Positions 31,427 to 40,196 of a DNA stretch of 64,000 nt are shown piece after piece. The DNA is from Bifidobacterium breve. GTDB lineage: Bacteria > Actinomycetota > Actinomycetes > Nanopelagicales > Nanopelagicaceae. Below the pieces are notes generated by a model. That model was not told the origin of the DNA. It did no database searches and saw only the letters and a program-made list of their open reading frames with translations. The position numbers and the translations under genes are program-made. The DNA lies in NCBI GenBank assembly GCA_945885625.1, contig CAMCYS010000005.1, positions 3,410 to 67,409 on the forward strand, in the 5' to 3' direction. Positions within the stretch are counted from its first letter, which is position 1, and the number at the start of each line of letters is the position of its first letter.

Positions 31427-32832
31427 TGAGCACCTTCGTATATGACTTAATCGGGCTTGCTGCCGGTGTCTGTTTCGTCTTAGCACTTAAAGGTTTATCT
31501 TCACCAAAGAGCGCTCGTCGCGGTAACTTAATTGGTGCACTCGGTGCAACAATCGCAACCGTAGTTATCTTCTTCTACGCGGCTCCAGATAAAGATGGAA
31601 ACGCAACTTCACTGCCACTTGATAACTTAGGTTGGATTCTTGGCGCTATCGCAGTCGGTACTTTAATCGGTGTTCCTGCAGCTAGAAAAGTACAGATGAC
31701 CCAGATGCCACAACTCGTCGCACTTTTCAATGGTGTCGGTGGTGGCGCAGCTGCTCTCGTTGCCATCGTTGAGTACTTAAGCCTTGGCGATGGCGCAACA
31801 ACTGCGGTTGTTATCGCAACCGTGTTCACTGTTGTAGTTGGCTGTGTTTCATTTAGCGGTTCGATTGTTACCTTCTTAAAGCTGCAAGAGCTGATGACGA
31901 CTCGACCAGTAGTTTTCCCTGGTGGTCGCTTTGTAATCGCTGGCACTTTGGTAGCTGTTCTAGGCGTTTCCGGCTGGGTGGTAGTTGCTCTCGGAACTAC
32001 ACCACTACTGATTTTGGCTGCTTTATCGCTGCTCTTCGGAATTTTATTCGTGCTACCAGTTGGTGGCGCAGATGTGCCAATTGTTATCTCACTGCTAAAC
32101 GCATTTACTGGTTTAACAGTTGCTGCTAGTGGCTATGTTCTTGATTCAACTATGTTGATCATTGCCGGTACCTTGGTTGGCGCTTCCGGAACAATCCTTA
32201 CTCGCATGATGGCTGAAGCAATGGGCCGTTCGCTATTTGGAACTTTGTTTGGTGCTTTCACCGCCAAGCCACAAGAAGCTAGCGGTGCGGCTGAAGATCG
32301 CCCAGTTCGTTCGGGCTCACCTGATGATGTGGCAATCTTGCTTAACTATGCCCGTCGCGTAGTAATCGTGCCTGGTTTCGGATTAGCTGTTGCACAAGCA
32401 CAACATACAGTTCGCGAATTAGCAGACTTGTTAATTTCAAAGGGAATCGATGTTGCATACGGAATTCACCCAGTTGCCGGTCGCATGCCTGGACACATGA
32501 ACGTGTTACTTGCTGAAGCAAATGTTCCTTACGAACAACTTGCTGAGATGGATGAAGTTAACCCAACCTTTGGACAGACCGATGTGGCAATTGTGATCGG
32601 TGCAAACGATGTGGTTAACCCAGCTGCTGAGACCACGCCTGGTTGCCCAATTTATGGAATGCCAATTCTGCAAGTTTCAAATTCAGCCAATGTTATTTTC
32701 TTGAAGCGTTCAATGCGCCCAGGATTTGCTGGCATTGAAAACGAATTGCTTTATGACCCAAAGACTATGTTGTTGTTTGGCGATGCGAAGGCTTCGTTGA
32801 CCAAAGTCGTTAGCGCGCTTAAGGGGCTGTAA
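31426..32832 (+). CDS. pntB: NAD(P) transhydrogenase beta subunit
   Basis: MTQMPQLVA, GGADVPIVISLLN, HPVAGRMPGHMNVLLAEA, KRSM.PGFAG. Confidence 0.95.
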   Translation: MSTFVYDLIGLAAGVCFVLALKGLSSPKSARRGNLIGALGATIATVVIFFYAAPDKDGNATSLPLDNLGWILGAIAVGTLIGVPAARKVQMTQMPQLVALFNGVGGGAAALVAIVEYLSLGDGATTAVVIATVFTVVVGCVSFSGSIVTFLKLQELMTTRPVVFPGGRFVIAGTLVAVLGVSGWVVVALGTTPLLILAALSLLFGILFVLPVGGADVPIVISLLNAFTGLTVAASGYVLDSTMLIIAGTLVGASGTILTRMMAEAMGRSLFGTLFGAFTAKPQEASGAAEDRPVRSGSPDDVAILLNYARRVVIVPGFGLAVAQAQHTVRELADLLISKGIDVAYGIHPVAGRMPGHMNVLLAEANVPYEQLAEMDEVNPTFGQTDVAIVIGANDVVNPAAETTPGCPIYGMPILQVSNSANVIFLKRSMRPGFAGIENELLYDPKTMLLFGDAKASLTKVVSALKGL

Positions 32833-32984
32833 GACTTCTGCTTAATTGATACGCACCTGCCGCAAAGTTTGGATCTGGCTACGCCGAATTAAAAGAAGGA
32901 GTACAGTCTTTATCAGCCAAGCGTTCGCTCGAGTTATGGAAAGTACAGTCTCCATCAAGGCAAGAGTTTAAGGAAGGTGAGGTT

Positions 32985-33545
32985 ATGAAACCAGACACTT
33001 ATTTAAGTAGAATTCCGCGCGAAAAACTGAACGCATCAATGCAGTCCGCCTTTGATCGTTCAATAAGTATGCACGAAGACGCCACCTTTGTAGAAGTTAT
33101 GGGGCATGCTCCAGCTATCTACGAGTGGTACCAAAATGACTTTTACAAGAAATTATTCTATGGAAGCACTCTACCCATAACGCTGTTAGAGATAGTTCGA
33201 TTGCGTTTAGCCAATATACATGGGTGTGCTTTCTGTAACCGTAATAACACAGCGGCAGCCATACAAGCAGGAATCTCACAAACTCAAATTGATGCGCTGG
33301 CCGATTATGAGAGTGGCCCATTCACGGCTTCTGAAAAAGCGGCCTTAGCTTTGGCAGATGAAATGGCGCTCACTAATCCAAAAGGGCATATAAGCGCTTC
33401 TCTATACGCTCGATTGAAACCACATTTTACTGATGGTGAATTGGTAGAACTCGGCGTCCTAATGGCTGTGTTATGTGGAATGGCCAAGATGATATTCGCG
33501 TTTGACCTTGTGGAGAAAGAGGAAACTTGCCCATTTCTACCTTGA
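32985..33545 (+). CDS. Carboxymuconolactone decarboxylase / AhpD-like protein
   Basis: EIVRLRLA..HGCAFC motif; AALALADEM; HFTDGELVEL. Confidence 0.75.
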   Translation: MKPDTYLSRIPREKLNASMQSAFDRSISMHEDATFVEVMGHAPAIYEWYQNDFYKKLFYGSTLPITLLEIVRLRLANIHGCAFCNRNNTAAAIQAGISQTQIDALADYESGPFTASEKAALALADEMALTNPKGHISASLYARLKPHFTDGELVELGVLMAVLCGMAKMIFAFDLVEKEETCPFLP

Positions 33546-33712
33546 GTAGAAAAACTAAGAATTTAATTGTTTCTTAGAATTATCAAGAACGGCAATGAGC
33601 AAAGTCTCCTTTAGCCAATCCTGCTCTTTGCTTTAACCTTATTGGGAACTACTTAGCTATTTATTGGTTAAGGTCATCGGAAGTTCTAAGGTAACGGCCG
33701 GCACATTTTGGC

Positions 33713-33786
33713 GCTAACGATATTGTTCAAGCGGGCGTGGGTTATTTGATGCTGCTAACGATATTGTTCAAGCGGGCGTGGGTTAT
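33713..33786. repeat. Two exact 33-bp direct repeats, 41-bp period
   Basis: GCTAACGATATTGTTCAAGCGGGCGTGGGTTAT at 33713-33745 and 33754-33786. Confidence 0.9.
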
Positions 33787-33801
33787 AAGTTCAAGTTGCG
33801 A

Positions 33802-33823
33802 GATAGTTGAATCTTCAACTATC
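33802..33823. promoter_or_regulatory. Perfect palindromic operator candidate upstream of the pirin gene
   Basis: GATAGTTGAA-TC-TTCAACTATC: 10-bp arms, 2-nt spacer, no U-tract, about 60 bp before the ATG. Confidence 0.6.
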
Positions 33824-33884
33824 CTTGGTCAAGCCAAAACCCGTGCTCTAAAAGTGAGTCATAGGCGTCGATGAGGAGCATTAA

Positions 33885-34994
33885 ATGCCAGCAGTAACCG
33901 TTGCCGATATCACCGTACTTCCGCGCGTTAAAGCAAGCGTTGGTACTCGTGCGCGCGCGGTTCGTAGCATCACAACTGCTCCGCAAGGTTTTGAAGGCGA
34001 AGGTTTTCCGGTTCGTCGCGCATTTGCTGGCGTAGATATCGCACAATTAGATCCATTCATTCACTTAGATCAAATGGGCGAAGTTGAATACGCACCTGGT
34101 GAGCCAAAGGGAACTCCTTGGCATCCGCATCGTGGTTTTGAAACAGTTACTTACATTATTGATGGAATTTTTGATCACTTCGATAACAATGGTGGTGGTG
34201 GAACAATTTCCGATGGCGATACGCAATGGATGACCGCAGGTGCTGGAATTCTGCATATCGAAACTCCACCAGAATCTTTAGTAATGAGCGGTGGGTTGTT
34301 CCATGGTTTCCAACTATGGGTTAACTTGCCAGCTGCGAAAAAGTGGTCGCCTCCTGCTTATCAAGACTTACGTGCCAGTGAAGTTGCCCTCCTTGCATCT
34401 GAAGATGGCGGTGCGTTGCTTCGGGTAATCGCTGGCGAACTGGCCGGACATAAAGGCCCGGGTTCAACCCAAACACCAATCACTTTAATTCACGCGACTC
34501 TGCAGCCAGGTGCGGAAATTCGTTTGCCATGGCGCAAGGATTACAACGCACTTGTTTACACACTTGCTGGTCACGGTTTTGTCGGCGAAGAATCTCGCCC
34601 GGTACAGATGGGTCAGTTAACCGTTTTTGGCGAAGGCGACACAATTGTTGTGCGCGCTGCAAATGTGCAGGAATCACGATCTCCGGAAATGGAGCTTTTC
34701 ATTCTTGGTGGCGAACCAATTAAGGAACCAGTTGCCTGGATGGGGCCATTCGTTATGAACACCAAGCGCGAAGTACTTCAGGCTTTTGAGGACTTCCAAA
34801 AGGGCGTTTTAGGCTCGATTCCAGTGATCGAAAAAGGTCATCGCCCGAATGCCACTTTAAATCGTGGTGGTGAAGGTTCGAAACTTGGTGGTTCGAGTTC
34901 GCTGAATACAACGGGTGTGGCTGCCGCTGATTCTTTAAACGGTGGCGAAGTACTTGATGTTCACGGTGCGCCAACGACTCTGCAAGAGGGCTGA
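33885..34994 (+). CDS. Pirin-family bicupin protein
   Basis: DPFIHLDQMG, HPHRGFETVT, QWMTAGAGILHIE, FQLWVNLP, GPFVMNT. Confidence 0.9.
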   Translation: MPAVTVADITVLPRVKASVGTRARAVRSITTAPQGFEGEGFPVRRAFAGVDIAQLDPFIHLDQMGEVEYAPGEPKGTPWHPHRGFETVTYIIDGIFDHFDNNGGGGTISDGDTQWMTAGAGILHIETPPESLVMSGGLFHGFQLWVNLPAAKKWSPPAYQDLRASEVALLASEDGGALLRVIAGELAGHKGPGSTQTPITLIHATLQPGAEIRLPWRKDYNALVYTLAGHGFVGEESRPVQMGQLTVFGEGDTIVVRAANVQESRSPEMELFILGGEPIKEPVAWMGPFVMNTKREVLQAFEDFQKGVLGSIPVIEKGHRPNATLNRGGEGSKLGGSSSLNTTGVAAADSLNGGEVLDVHGAPTTLQEG

Positions 34995-35074
34995 TTCTTC
35001 AAACGGCGCCGAAGTACTTGATGTTCACGGTGTGCCAACAACTTTGCAAGGGGGCTAAAGCCTCAAACGGTGCG
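34926..35074. repeat. Imperfect tandem repeat, 64-bp period, about 2.3 copies, spanning the pirin stop codon
   Basis: Units begin GCTGATTCT at 34926 and 34990, and GCTAAAGCCT at 35054; core GAAGTACTTGATGTTCACGGTG is shared. Confidence 0.85.
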
Positions 35075-35176
35075 TGTAAGTGCATCGAGCAATGCGCAAT
35101 GTCCACAATTTCGGGGATTTGTCAAAACTGTGCACAACTAATTTCTTTTGTCGGTGGGTTAATTCAAGATCCACTC

Positions 35177-36859
35177 ATGAGCACAAACGCCGCCCGAATT
35201 ACAGAGACCTCTGCTGCTCATTCGAGCTCAGAATTCGATCCTGAAACTGGCGAGATTTTCACTACGGCTGATCGCTTTCAAAATGATGATCAATCTGGTG
35301 AAACTACGGTTTCAGTCGATCGCTTTGGGGCCAGCGATCTTTCTGATTCAGCTGATCGCTTTCAAAATACTCACCAGGACAGTGAAACTACGGGTTCGGT
35401 CGATCGTTTTCAAAATACTTTGGATTCTCGCGCGACAGAGCTACTGAATTCAGTTCCTGGAATCGAAACATTGACGGCTTTGGTGGCAATAGATCCCGAA
35501 GATTTAAGCCGTGGTGCTCGAGTCGATTACTTAAGTGCGGTTGAACGCCAAACTGGTTGGTTGCAAGCTTTGATTCAACGGGCAATTGTTGCGGTTGCGG
35601 GCGCCGAACCAAGTGAAGCCGATGGAATCTATGAGGGTGTTGATGATGCCGAGCGAGAAGATATCTCAGCCGCGCTACGCATGTCAGGCAACTCAGCGCA
35701 GTACAAGATCGATATTGCTCGTTCGTTGATTAATACTTTGCCCAATACCTGTTCAGCACTAGCTACTGGCGAGATATCGCCGGCACACGCAAATGTAATT
35801 GCGCGCGAAACTGCAGCCGCTATCCGCGAAGGTTTGCCACTAGAGGCAATCGAGCGCATAGAAGAGAGCGCTATTGCGCATGCTGAGTTCCATACGCCAG
35901 CCCAAGTTGGCAACAAAGTGCGCACAATGTTGGCTCAAATTGCGCCAAAGGAGTTTGAAGAGATCGTTGTTAGGGCGCGTGACACTCGCAAAGTTTCGAT
36001 GTATCGCGAGTCCGATGGAATCGCGACGATTGTGGCAATCCTTCCCGCCGAAGACGCCCAAACCGTGATGTCGGCAATCGAGAATTTCGTTATCCGTGCC
36101 AATCGTCGCGACGAAGAGGCACGTAGCCATGCCGCTAAAGCCGAGATAATCCGCACTGCCTTCTTTGGTCGCGCTCCAAGTACATATGAAAGCGCTAAAA
36201 AGAATAGTGGTGCTGGTATTGGTGACGAGCAAATCAAAATGACAGCCGAGGAAGAAGCTGCGTTCAACAATGAATATGTGCCCGATCTTCGAACCATGGA
36301 TATGAAACGTGCTGATGCATTAAGTGAAATTGCTGGTATCGCTGTTTCGCTCTCCGCAGATGAAGCGAAATCGCATCGCAGATCAGTTTCAGTCAACGTA
36401 ACCATTGATTTACCTACCCTTTTGGGGCTTAACGAAAATCCCGGGCAACTTGCTGGTTACGGAGTGTTACCCGCTCAAGTTGTTCGAGCACTCGCCAGTG
36501 AAGGAAAGTGGCGAAGGTTTATCACCGACCCAAATACTGGCACCCTCCTTGATTACGGGCGAGATAGTTACCAGCCACCACAAGAATTAGTTGATTATTT
36601 AATTGCGCGCGATCGTACGTGCCGGTTTCCTGGCTGTAGACAATCTGCCACTCGCGCCGATATTGACCATGCAGAGGCTTGGGAAGATGGTGGCCAGACA
36701 TCAGCTGCAAACCTAGGCGCTCTCTGCCGCCGGCACCACCGAATGAAGACTCACGGCGGCTGGAAACTCAGTAGCAATGAAGATGGCTCGTGCAGCTGGG
36801 AATCCCCCGATGGTCACCGCTATTTCGTTCCAGCCCGACCAGTACTCGATGCTGTTTAG
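35177..36859 (+). CDS. DUF222 / HNH endonuclease (13E12-repeat-like family)
   Basis: DUF222-like helical region and C-terminal CRFPGC..DIDH..W..GG.T...NL..LC.RHH..KT. Start at ATG 35177 is inferred because the longer ORF begins inside a repeat. Confidence 0.85.
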   Translation: MSTNAARITETSAAHSSSEFDPETGEIFTTADRFQNDDQSGETTVSVDRFGASDLSDSADRFQNTHQDSETTGSVDRFQNTLDSRATELLNSVPGIETLTALVAIDPEDLSRGARVDYLSAVERQTGWLQALIQRAIVAVAGAEPSEADGIYEGVDDAEREDISAALRMSGNSAQYKIDIARSLINTLPNTCSALATGEISPAHANVIARETAAAIREGLPLEAIERIEESAIAHAEFHTPAQVGNKVRTMLAQIAPKEFEEIVVRARDTRKVSMYRESDGIATIVAILPAEDAQTVMSAIENFVIRANRRDEEARSHAAKAEIIRTAFFGRAPSTYESAKKNSGAGIGDEQIKMTAEEEAAFNNEYVPDLRTMDMKRADALSEIAGIAVSLSADEAKSHRRSVSVNVTIDLPTLLGLNENPGQLAGYGVLPAQVVRALASEGKWRRFITDPNTGTLLDYGRDSYQPPQELVDYLIARDRTCRFPGCRQSATRADIDHAEAWEDGGQTSAANLGALCRRHHRMKTHGGWKLSSNEDGSCSWESPDGHRYFVPARPVLDAV

Positions 36860-36914
36860 CAGCTACGAGGGTAGAAATGCTTCTGCCCGACCAGTACTCG
36901 ATGCTGTTTAGCAG
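36833..36914. repeat. Exact 30-bp direct repeat, 52-bp period
   Basis: GCCCGACCAGTACTCGATGCTGTTTAGCAG at 36833-36862 and 36885-36914. Confidence 0.9.
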
Positions 36915-38566
36915 GTTCCGATTTTTACGAAATCGCGAATAGCAAATGTAGGCACTGTGGTTTTATTACCGATAGTCGAGTAACTGGTTGCTCCAGTTAC
37001 ATTTATCTTTGCCACAAATGCATCATCTTCTTTCAACTTGAGTAAGTTCTTTGCATTGCCAGTAAAGATTGAATTAACGCCACTTAACCACGATGCTGTT
37101 GGAGTTTTTGAAGCGTAAGCTCGGAACTTCGATCCACCGGTATTTGCGTCAAATTGTGAAACACAACCGAAAATAAGAAGGTTCTTACCTTTTACTTGAG
37201 CAGGAGCTCGAGTCAGCGTGTTCCATTGAATATCTGTTGGTTCACTGAATCTAACTGCCTTTGTACCCGCTGGGCATTTTCCGCTCTTTGCTACTGAAAA
37301 AGTAGAGCCTTTAGCACAAACAACTCCTTGCGCATTCAGGGCGGATAAGTGCTTTACAGCTGGATTCTCAATCTTTACTGGAATTACTGATTCAAGCGAG
37401 GGCTTTCCCGTTGATGTAGAGAACTTGATGGTCGCTTTTAGCGTAAATGGCCCTACAGCTTTGGCAATCGTGAAGTCACAGAGGGAAATCGAGCCAGTTT
37501 GAGTTGTTGCTTCTGAGGTAAAGTCAAAATCACTTGCCAGAGATTTACCTGATCCATCCAAAAGAGAGAAATCAAGGCTAGAAATTTCATCATATGGGTC
37601 ATTTATTGAGTATTGATACTCAAATGGAGTACAAGACTTTGGATACGGAATTTCAGTAGTTGCAAAGTCTGTCTTCATAGTTAGGTAGTCCGTAAAAGCT
37701 ACTGGGCGTTTTGGGAATTTTGAATTTAGAATTTTATAGTTTTTGGAAAGATTTGATTTTCCAGTCTCGTCATCGAAAGCAATGATTACATCAATTGAAA
37801 ATGGTGCAGTTGCATCTTTGACTGTGTAGTCACAAATATTGAAGTCACCTTTTTGCTCGCCTTTTTCACTTGAATATGCGGATTCAGAAGCTATCTCTTC
37901 GCCTTTGGCATCTTTAAGTGAGAAATCTATATCTGAGATTTCTGAAAAAGGATCATTAATTGTGTACTTAAACTCTAGATCTTCACAGTCTGTTGGAAAT
38001 GGCATCTCTAGAGAGGTTAAATCTGATGAGAAGTTAAGGTAATCCGCAAAAGTTACTGGACGCTTGGGAAACGATGTAGTTGGAACAGAGAAAGTTAAGT
38101 TCAAATCAGATAACTTCGAACTAAAGCCACGCTCAATTTCTGCTGTCGCTACAAAAGGTTTTGAGGTATCAACCTTTGAAAAACTAGAAGCGCTTACGTA
38201 GATATCAAACTCAAGGTTGGCTTTTCTGGCGGTAGATGTGAAGTCATATGAACTGCCAATGGAATTGCCTTTGGAATCTTTTAGCGTGAAATTCACCGAA
38301 TCACCAGCATCATAGAAATTAGGCGCATTAGGAGTTAATACGAAAACCCAGTCGCTAGAAGTGAAGTTCAAATCAGGCACGGTAAGAGTCCAGCCATTAC
38401 TGACAACATTTATTGGAGCGGCATTGGCAACACTGATGCCGACGTTTGTTGCGCTAATTGCGGTTATACCTAAGGCGCCAGCTGCGACAGCGACGACGCT
38501 TAGTGAAATAGACATCGCAAAAGCGATCGCACTGGAAACTATTTTTTTAGCCGTTGATTTGATCAT
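36908..38566 (-). CDS. Secreted protein with duplicated beta-rich (Ig-like) domains
   Basis: N-terminal hydrophobic signal; two about 118-aa repeats starting FPKRPV; C-x-K-G...C-P-A-G motif; C-terminal domain. Confidence 0.7.
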   Translation of the reverse strand: MIKSTAKKIVSSAIAFAMSISLSVVAVAAGALGITAISATNVGISVANAAPINVVSNGWTLTVPDLNFTSSDWVFVLTPNAPNFYDAGDSVNFTLKDSKGNSIGSSYDFTSTARKANLEFDIYVSASSFSKVDTSKPFVATAEIERGFSSKLSDLNLTFSVPTTSFPKRPVTFADYLNFSSDLTSLEMPFPTDCEDLEFKYTINDPFSEISDIDFSLKDAKGEEIASESAYSSEKGEQKGDFNICDYTVKDATAPFSIDVIIAFDDETGKSNLSKNYKILNSKFPKRPVAFTDYLTMKTDFATTEIPYPKSCTPFEYQYSINDPYDEISSLDFSLLDGSGKSLASDFDFTSEATTQTGSISLCDFTIAKAVGPFTLKATIKFSTSTGKPSLESVIPVKIENPAVKHLSALNAQGVVCAKGSTFSVAKSGKCPAGTKAVRFSEPTDIQWNTLTRAPAQVKGKNLLIFGCVSQFDANTGGSKFRAYASKTPTASWLSGVNSIFTGNAKNLLKLKEDDAFVAKINVTGATSYSTIGNKTTVPTFAIRDFVKIGTC

Positions 38567-38636
38567 GGGCAAATGTTACTTGGGCTATCCCCATATTGCT
38601 CATTGGGCTAGTGCAGTGTTCCACTACCTTAAGCAC

Positions 38637-39233
38637 ATGATCTGGTGGCCAAGTGAAGTTCCAACGATTCAGCATGGGCTTTTTACGTTGCGGCCTCTGT
38701 GTGAGGCAGATGCTGATGCCATCTATCAATCCTGCCAGGACCCGCTGATTCCAAAGTTCACAACGGTTCCTGCCAATTACACAATTGAATTGGCGCAAGA
38801 TTTTCTCCGTAGTAAGACTCCGCGCCTATTTGAAGAACGTAAAGCTATTCACTGGGCTCTGACAATCAATAAGGAGGTAAGTCCGGCTGCCATAAAGGTA
38901 AATGGAGAAACATTTCTGGGGCCTTTTTCAATTCACAGTATTGAGGAGCATAACCACATTGGCGAAATTGGTTACTGGCTCAATAATGCTGTACGGGGTC
39001 ATGGCTACGGTGCAATTGGCTGCCAGGTGATTACAAATTACGCGTTCGAAACTTTGGGTTTTCGTCGGCTAGCTGGCCTAGTTGATAGCGATAATCAGGC
39101 TTCGAAGAAAGTTTTGCTAACTGCTGGTTATACGCATGAAGGTTTAATGAAATCAAGAGTTACGAGCGCAGATGGTAGCCAAATTGATATGGATTTATTT
39201 GCTGCGACTGCAGATTCTTGGATAACTATTTGA
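38637..39233 (+). CDS. GNAT-family N-acetyltransferase (RimJ/RimL-like)
   Basis: TLRPLCEADA, GEIGYWL....RGHGYG, N.AS.KVL...GY..EG. Start at ATG 38637 avoids overlap with the divergent gene. Confidence 0.85.
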   Translation: MIWWPSEVPTIQHGLFTLRPLCEADADAIYQSCQDPLIPKFTTVPANYTIELAQDFLRSKTPRLFEERKAIHWALTINKEVSPAAIKVNGETFLGPFSIHSIEEHNHIGEIGYWLNNAVRGHGYGAIGCQVITNYAFETLGFRRLAGLVDSDNQASKKVLLTAGYTHEGLMKSRVTSADGSQIDMDLFAATADSWITI

Positions 39234-39263
39234 TGCACTTGGATATCTATTTGATGCACTTGG
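39217..39263. repeat. 21-bp tandem duplication over the GNAT stop codon
   Basis: CTTGGATA(A/T)CTATTTGATGCA twice, plus CTTGG. Confidence 0.8.
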
Positions 39264-39288
39264 CAACCTGTTGGGTTAACCTTTAACC

Positions 39289-39636
39289 ATGGAATCGCTA
39301 GTTATCTTGGTTACGATAATTCTGGCCGTCACACTCTTTAGCGGACCAATTGCCCTGTTTTTAACTTGGTTACCAGCATTGAATCGCGAAAGCACTAATT
39401 CCAGTATTCGCTTATTACGTCGCGTGCTCGTCACAGTATTTTCGTTAATTGGAAGCTTTACCTCATTTAATATATTTGTTGCCAGCCCAACTCTTGCCGT
39501 GATACTAATGGCGACTTTTGGTTCACTAACCGCGTTCTTTGCAGTAAAGCGTGAATATTTCCCAGAAGGATTAGGGTTTAGAAATATATTCCGAGGCGGA
39601 TCAGACCGCCGAAATGGACCAAGCGGACAGCACTAA
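39289..39636 (+). CDS. Hypothetical membrane protein (3 TM)
   Basis: 115-aa ORF with three hydrophobic segments and a basic/polar tail. Confidence 0.6.
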   Translation: MESLVILVTIILAVTLFSGPIALFLTWLPALNRESTNSSIRLLRRVLVTVFSLIGSFTSFNIFVASPTLAVILMATFGSLTAFFAVKREYFPEGLGFRNIFRGGSDRRNGPSGQH

Positions 39637-39663
39637 GTCTGTAAAGCACAAGTTAAATCTAAG

Positions 39664-40035
39664 TGGAGGTGCCGGGAATCGAACCCGGGTCCTTCGGTAC
39701 TGACATAAGGCTTCTACGGGCGTAGTGCGTTTATCGTTTTCTCAGTTCCGGATCTCTTACACACAAGTATCCGACAAACTCATTTGCGAAACTGTTCTCC
39801 GAAGTCGTTCGCAAAGCCAACTTCATGAAAAGCCTTCTGTCGGCGTTAGGTCCCAGGCCAAAGGCGGAGCTCTGGGCTAACGGATTAGAGAGCTAGCTTA
39901 GGCAGCTAGATCGTAATCAGCGGCAGTTGTACTGGCGCTTGATTTTTTGCACAGGTTTTTGGTTTACGAGATCATCCTGGCTTCCTCGGCCCGCTTCCCT
40001 TATCCCAACATCCAAAGTCGAGACCGTTCACCCCC
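39664..40035 (-). ncRNA. ssrA: tmRNA
   Basis: 5' GGGGGTG pairs with 3' CACCTCC-A including a G-U pair; GGTTCGATTCC T-arm; internal tag frame ending ...GAT CTA GCT GCC TAA; adjacent to smpB. Confidence 0.95.
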
Positions 40036-40196
40036 ATGGGTGTGGAAGCAATATTGCTTCACTATTTAGTTGTTTTATCAAGGGTCGATTATTAGCGGAA
40101 AATATTTCCGCCAACAAACCAACACTTGATTGACCAAGTGTAAGGCAGAGGTGCGACAGGAATCTAATCCAGCGAGTTTTACGCTTAGAAGTAAGG

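Noticed and set aside
38361-38636. N-terminal extension of the GNAT ORF
   Set aside because: Overlaps the divergent secreted protein gene; GNAT-like sequence starts at Met 38637.
32850-39660. tmRNA-integrated prophage or genomic island downstream of ssrA
   Set aside because: No integrase, no phage genes, and no duplicate of the ssrA 3' end seen in the window.
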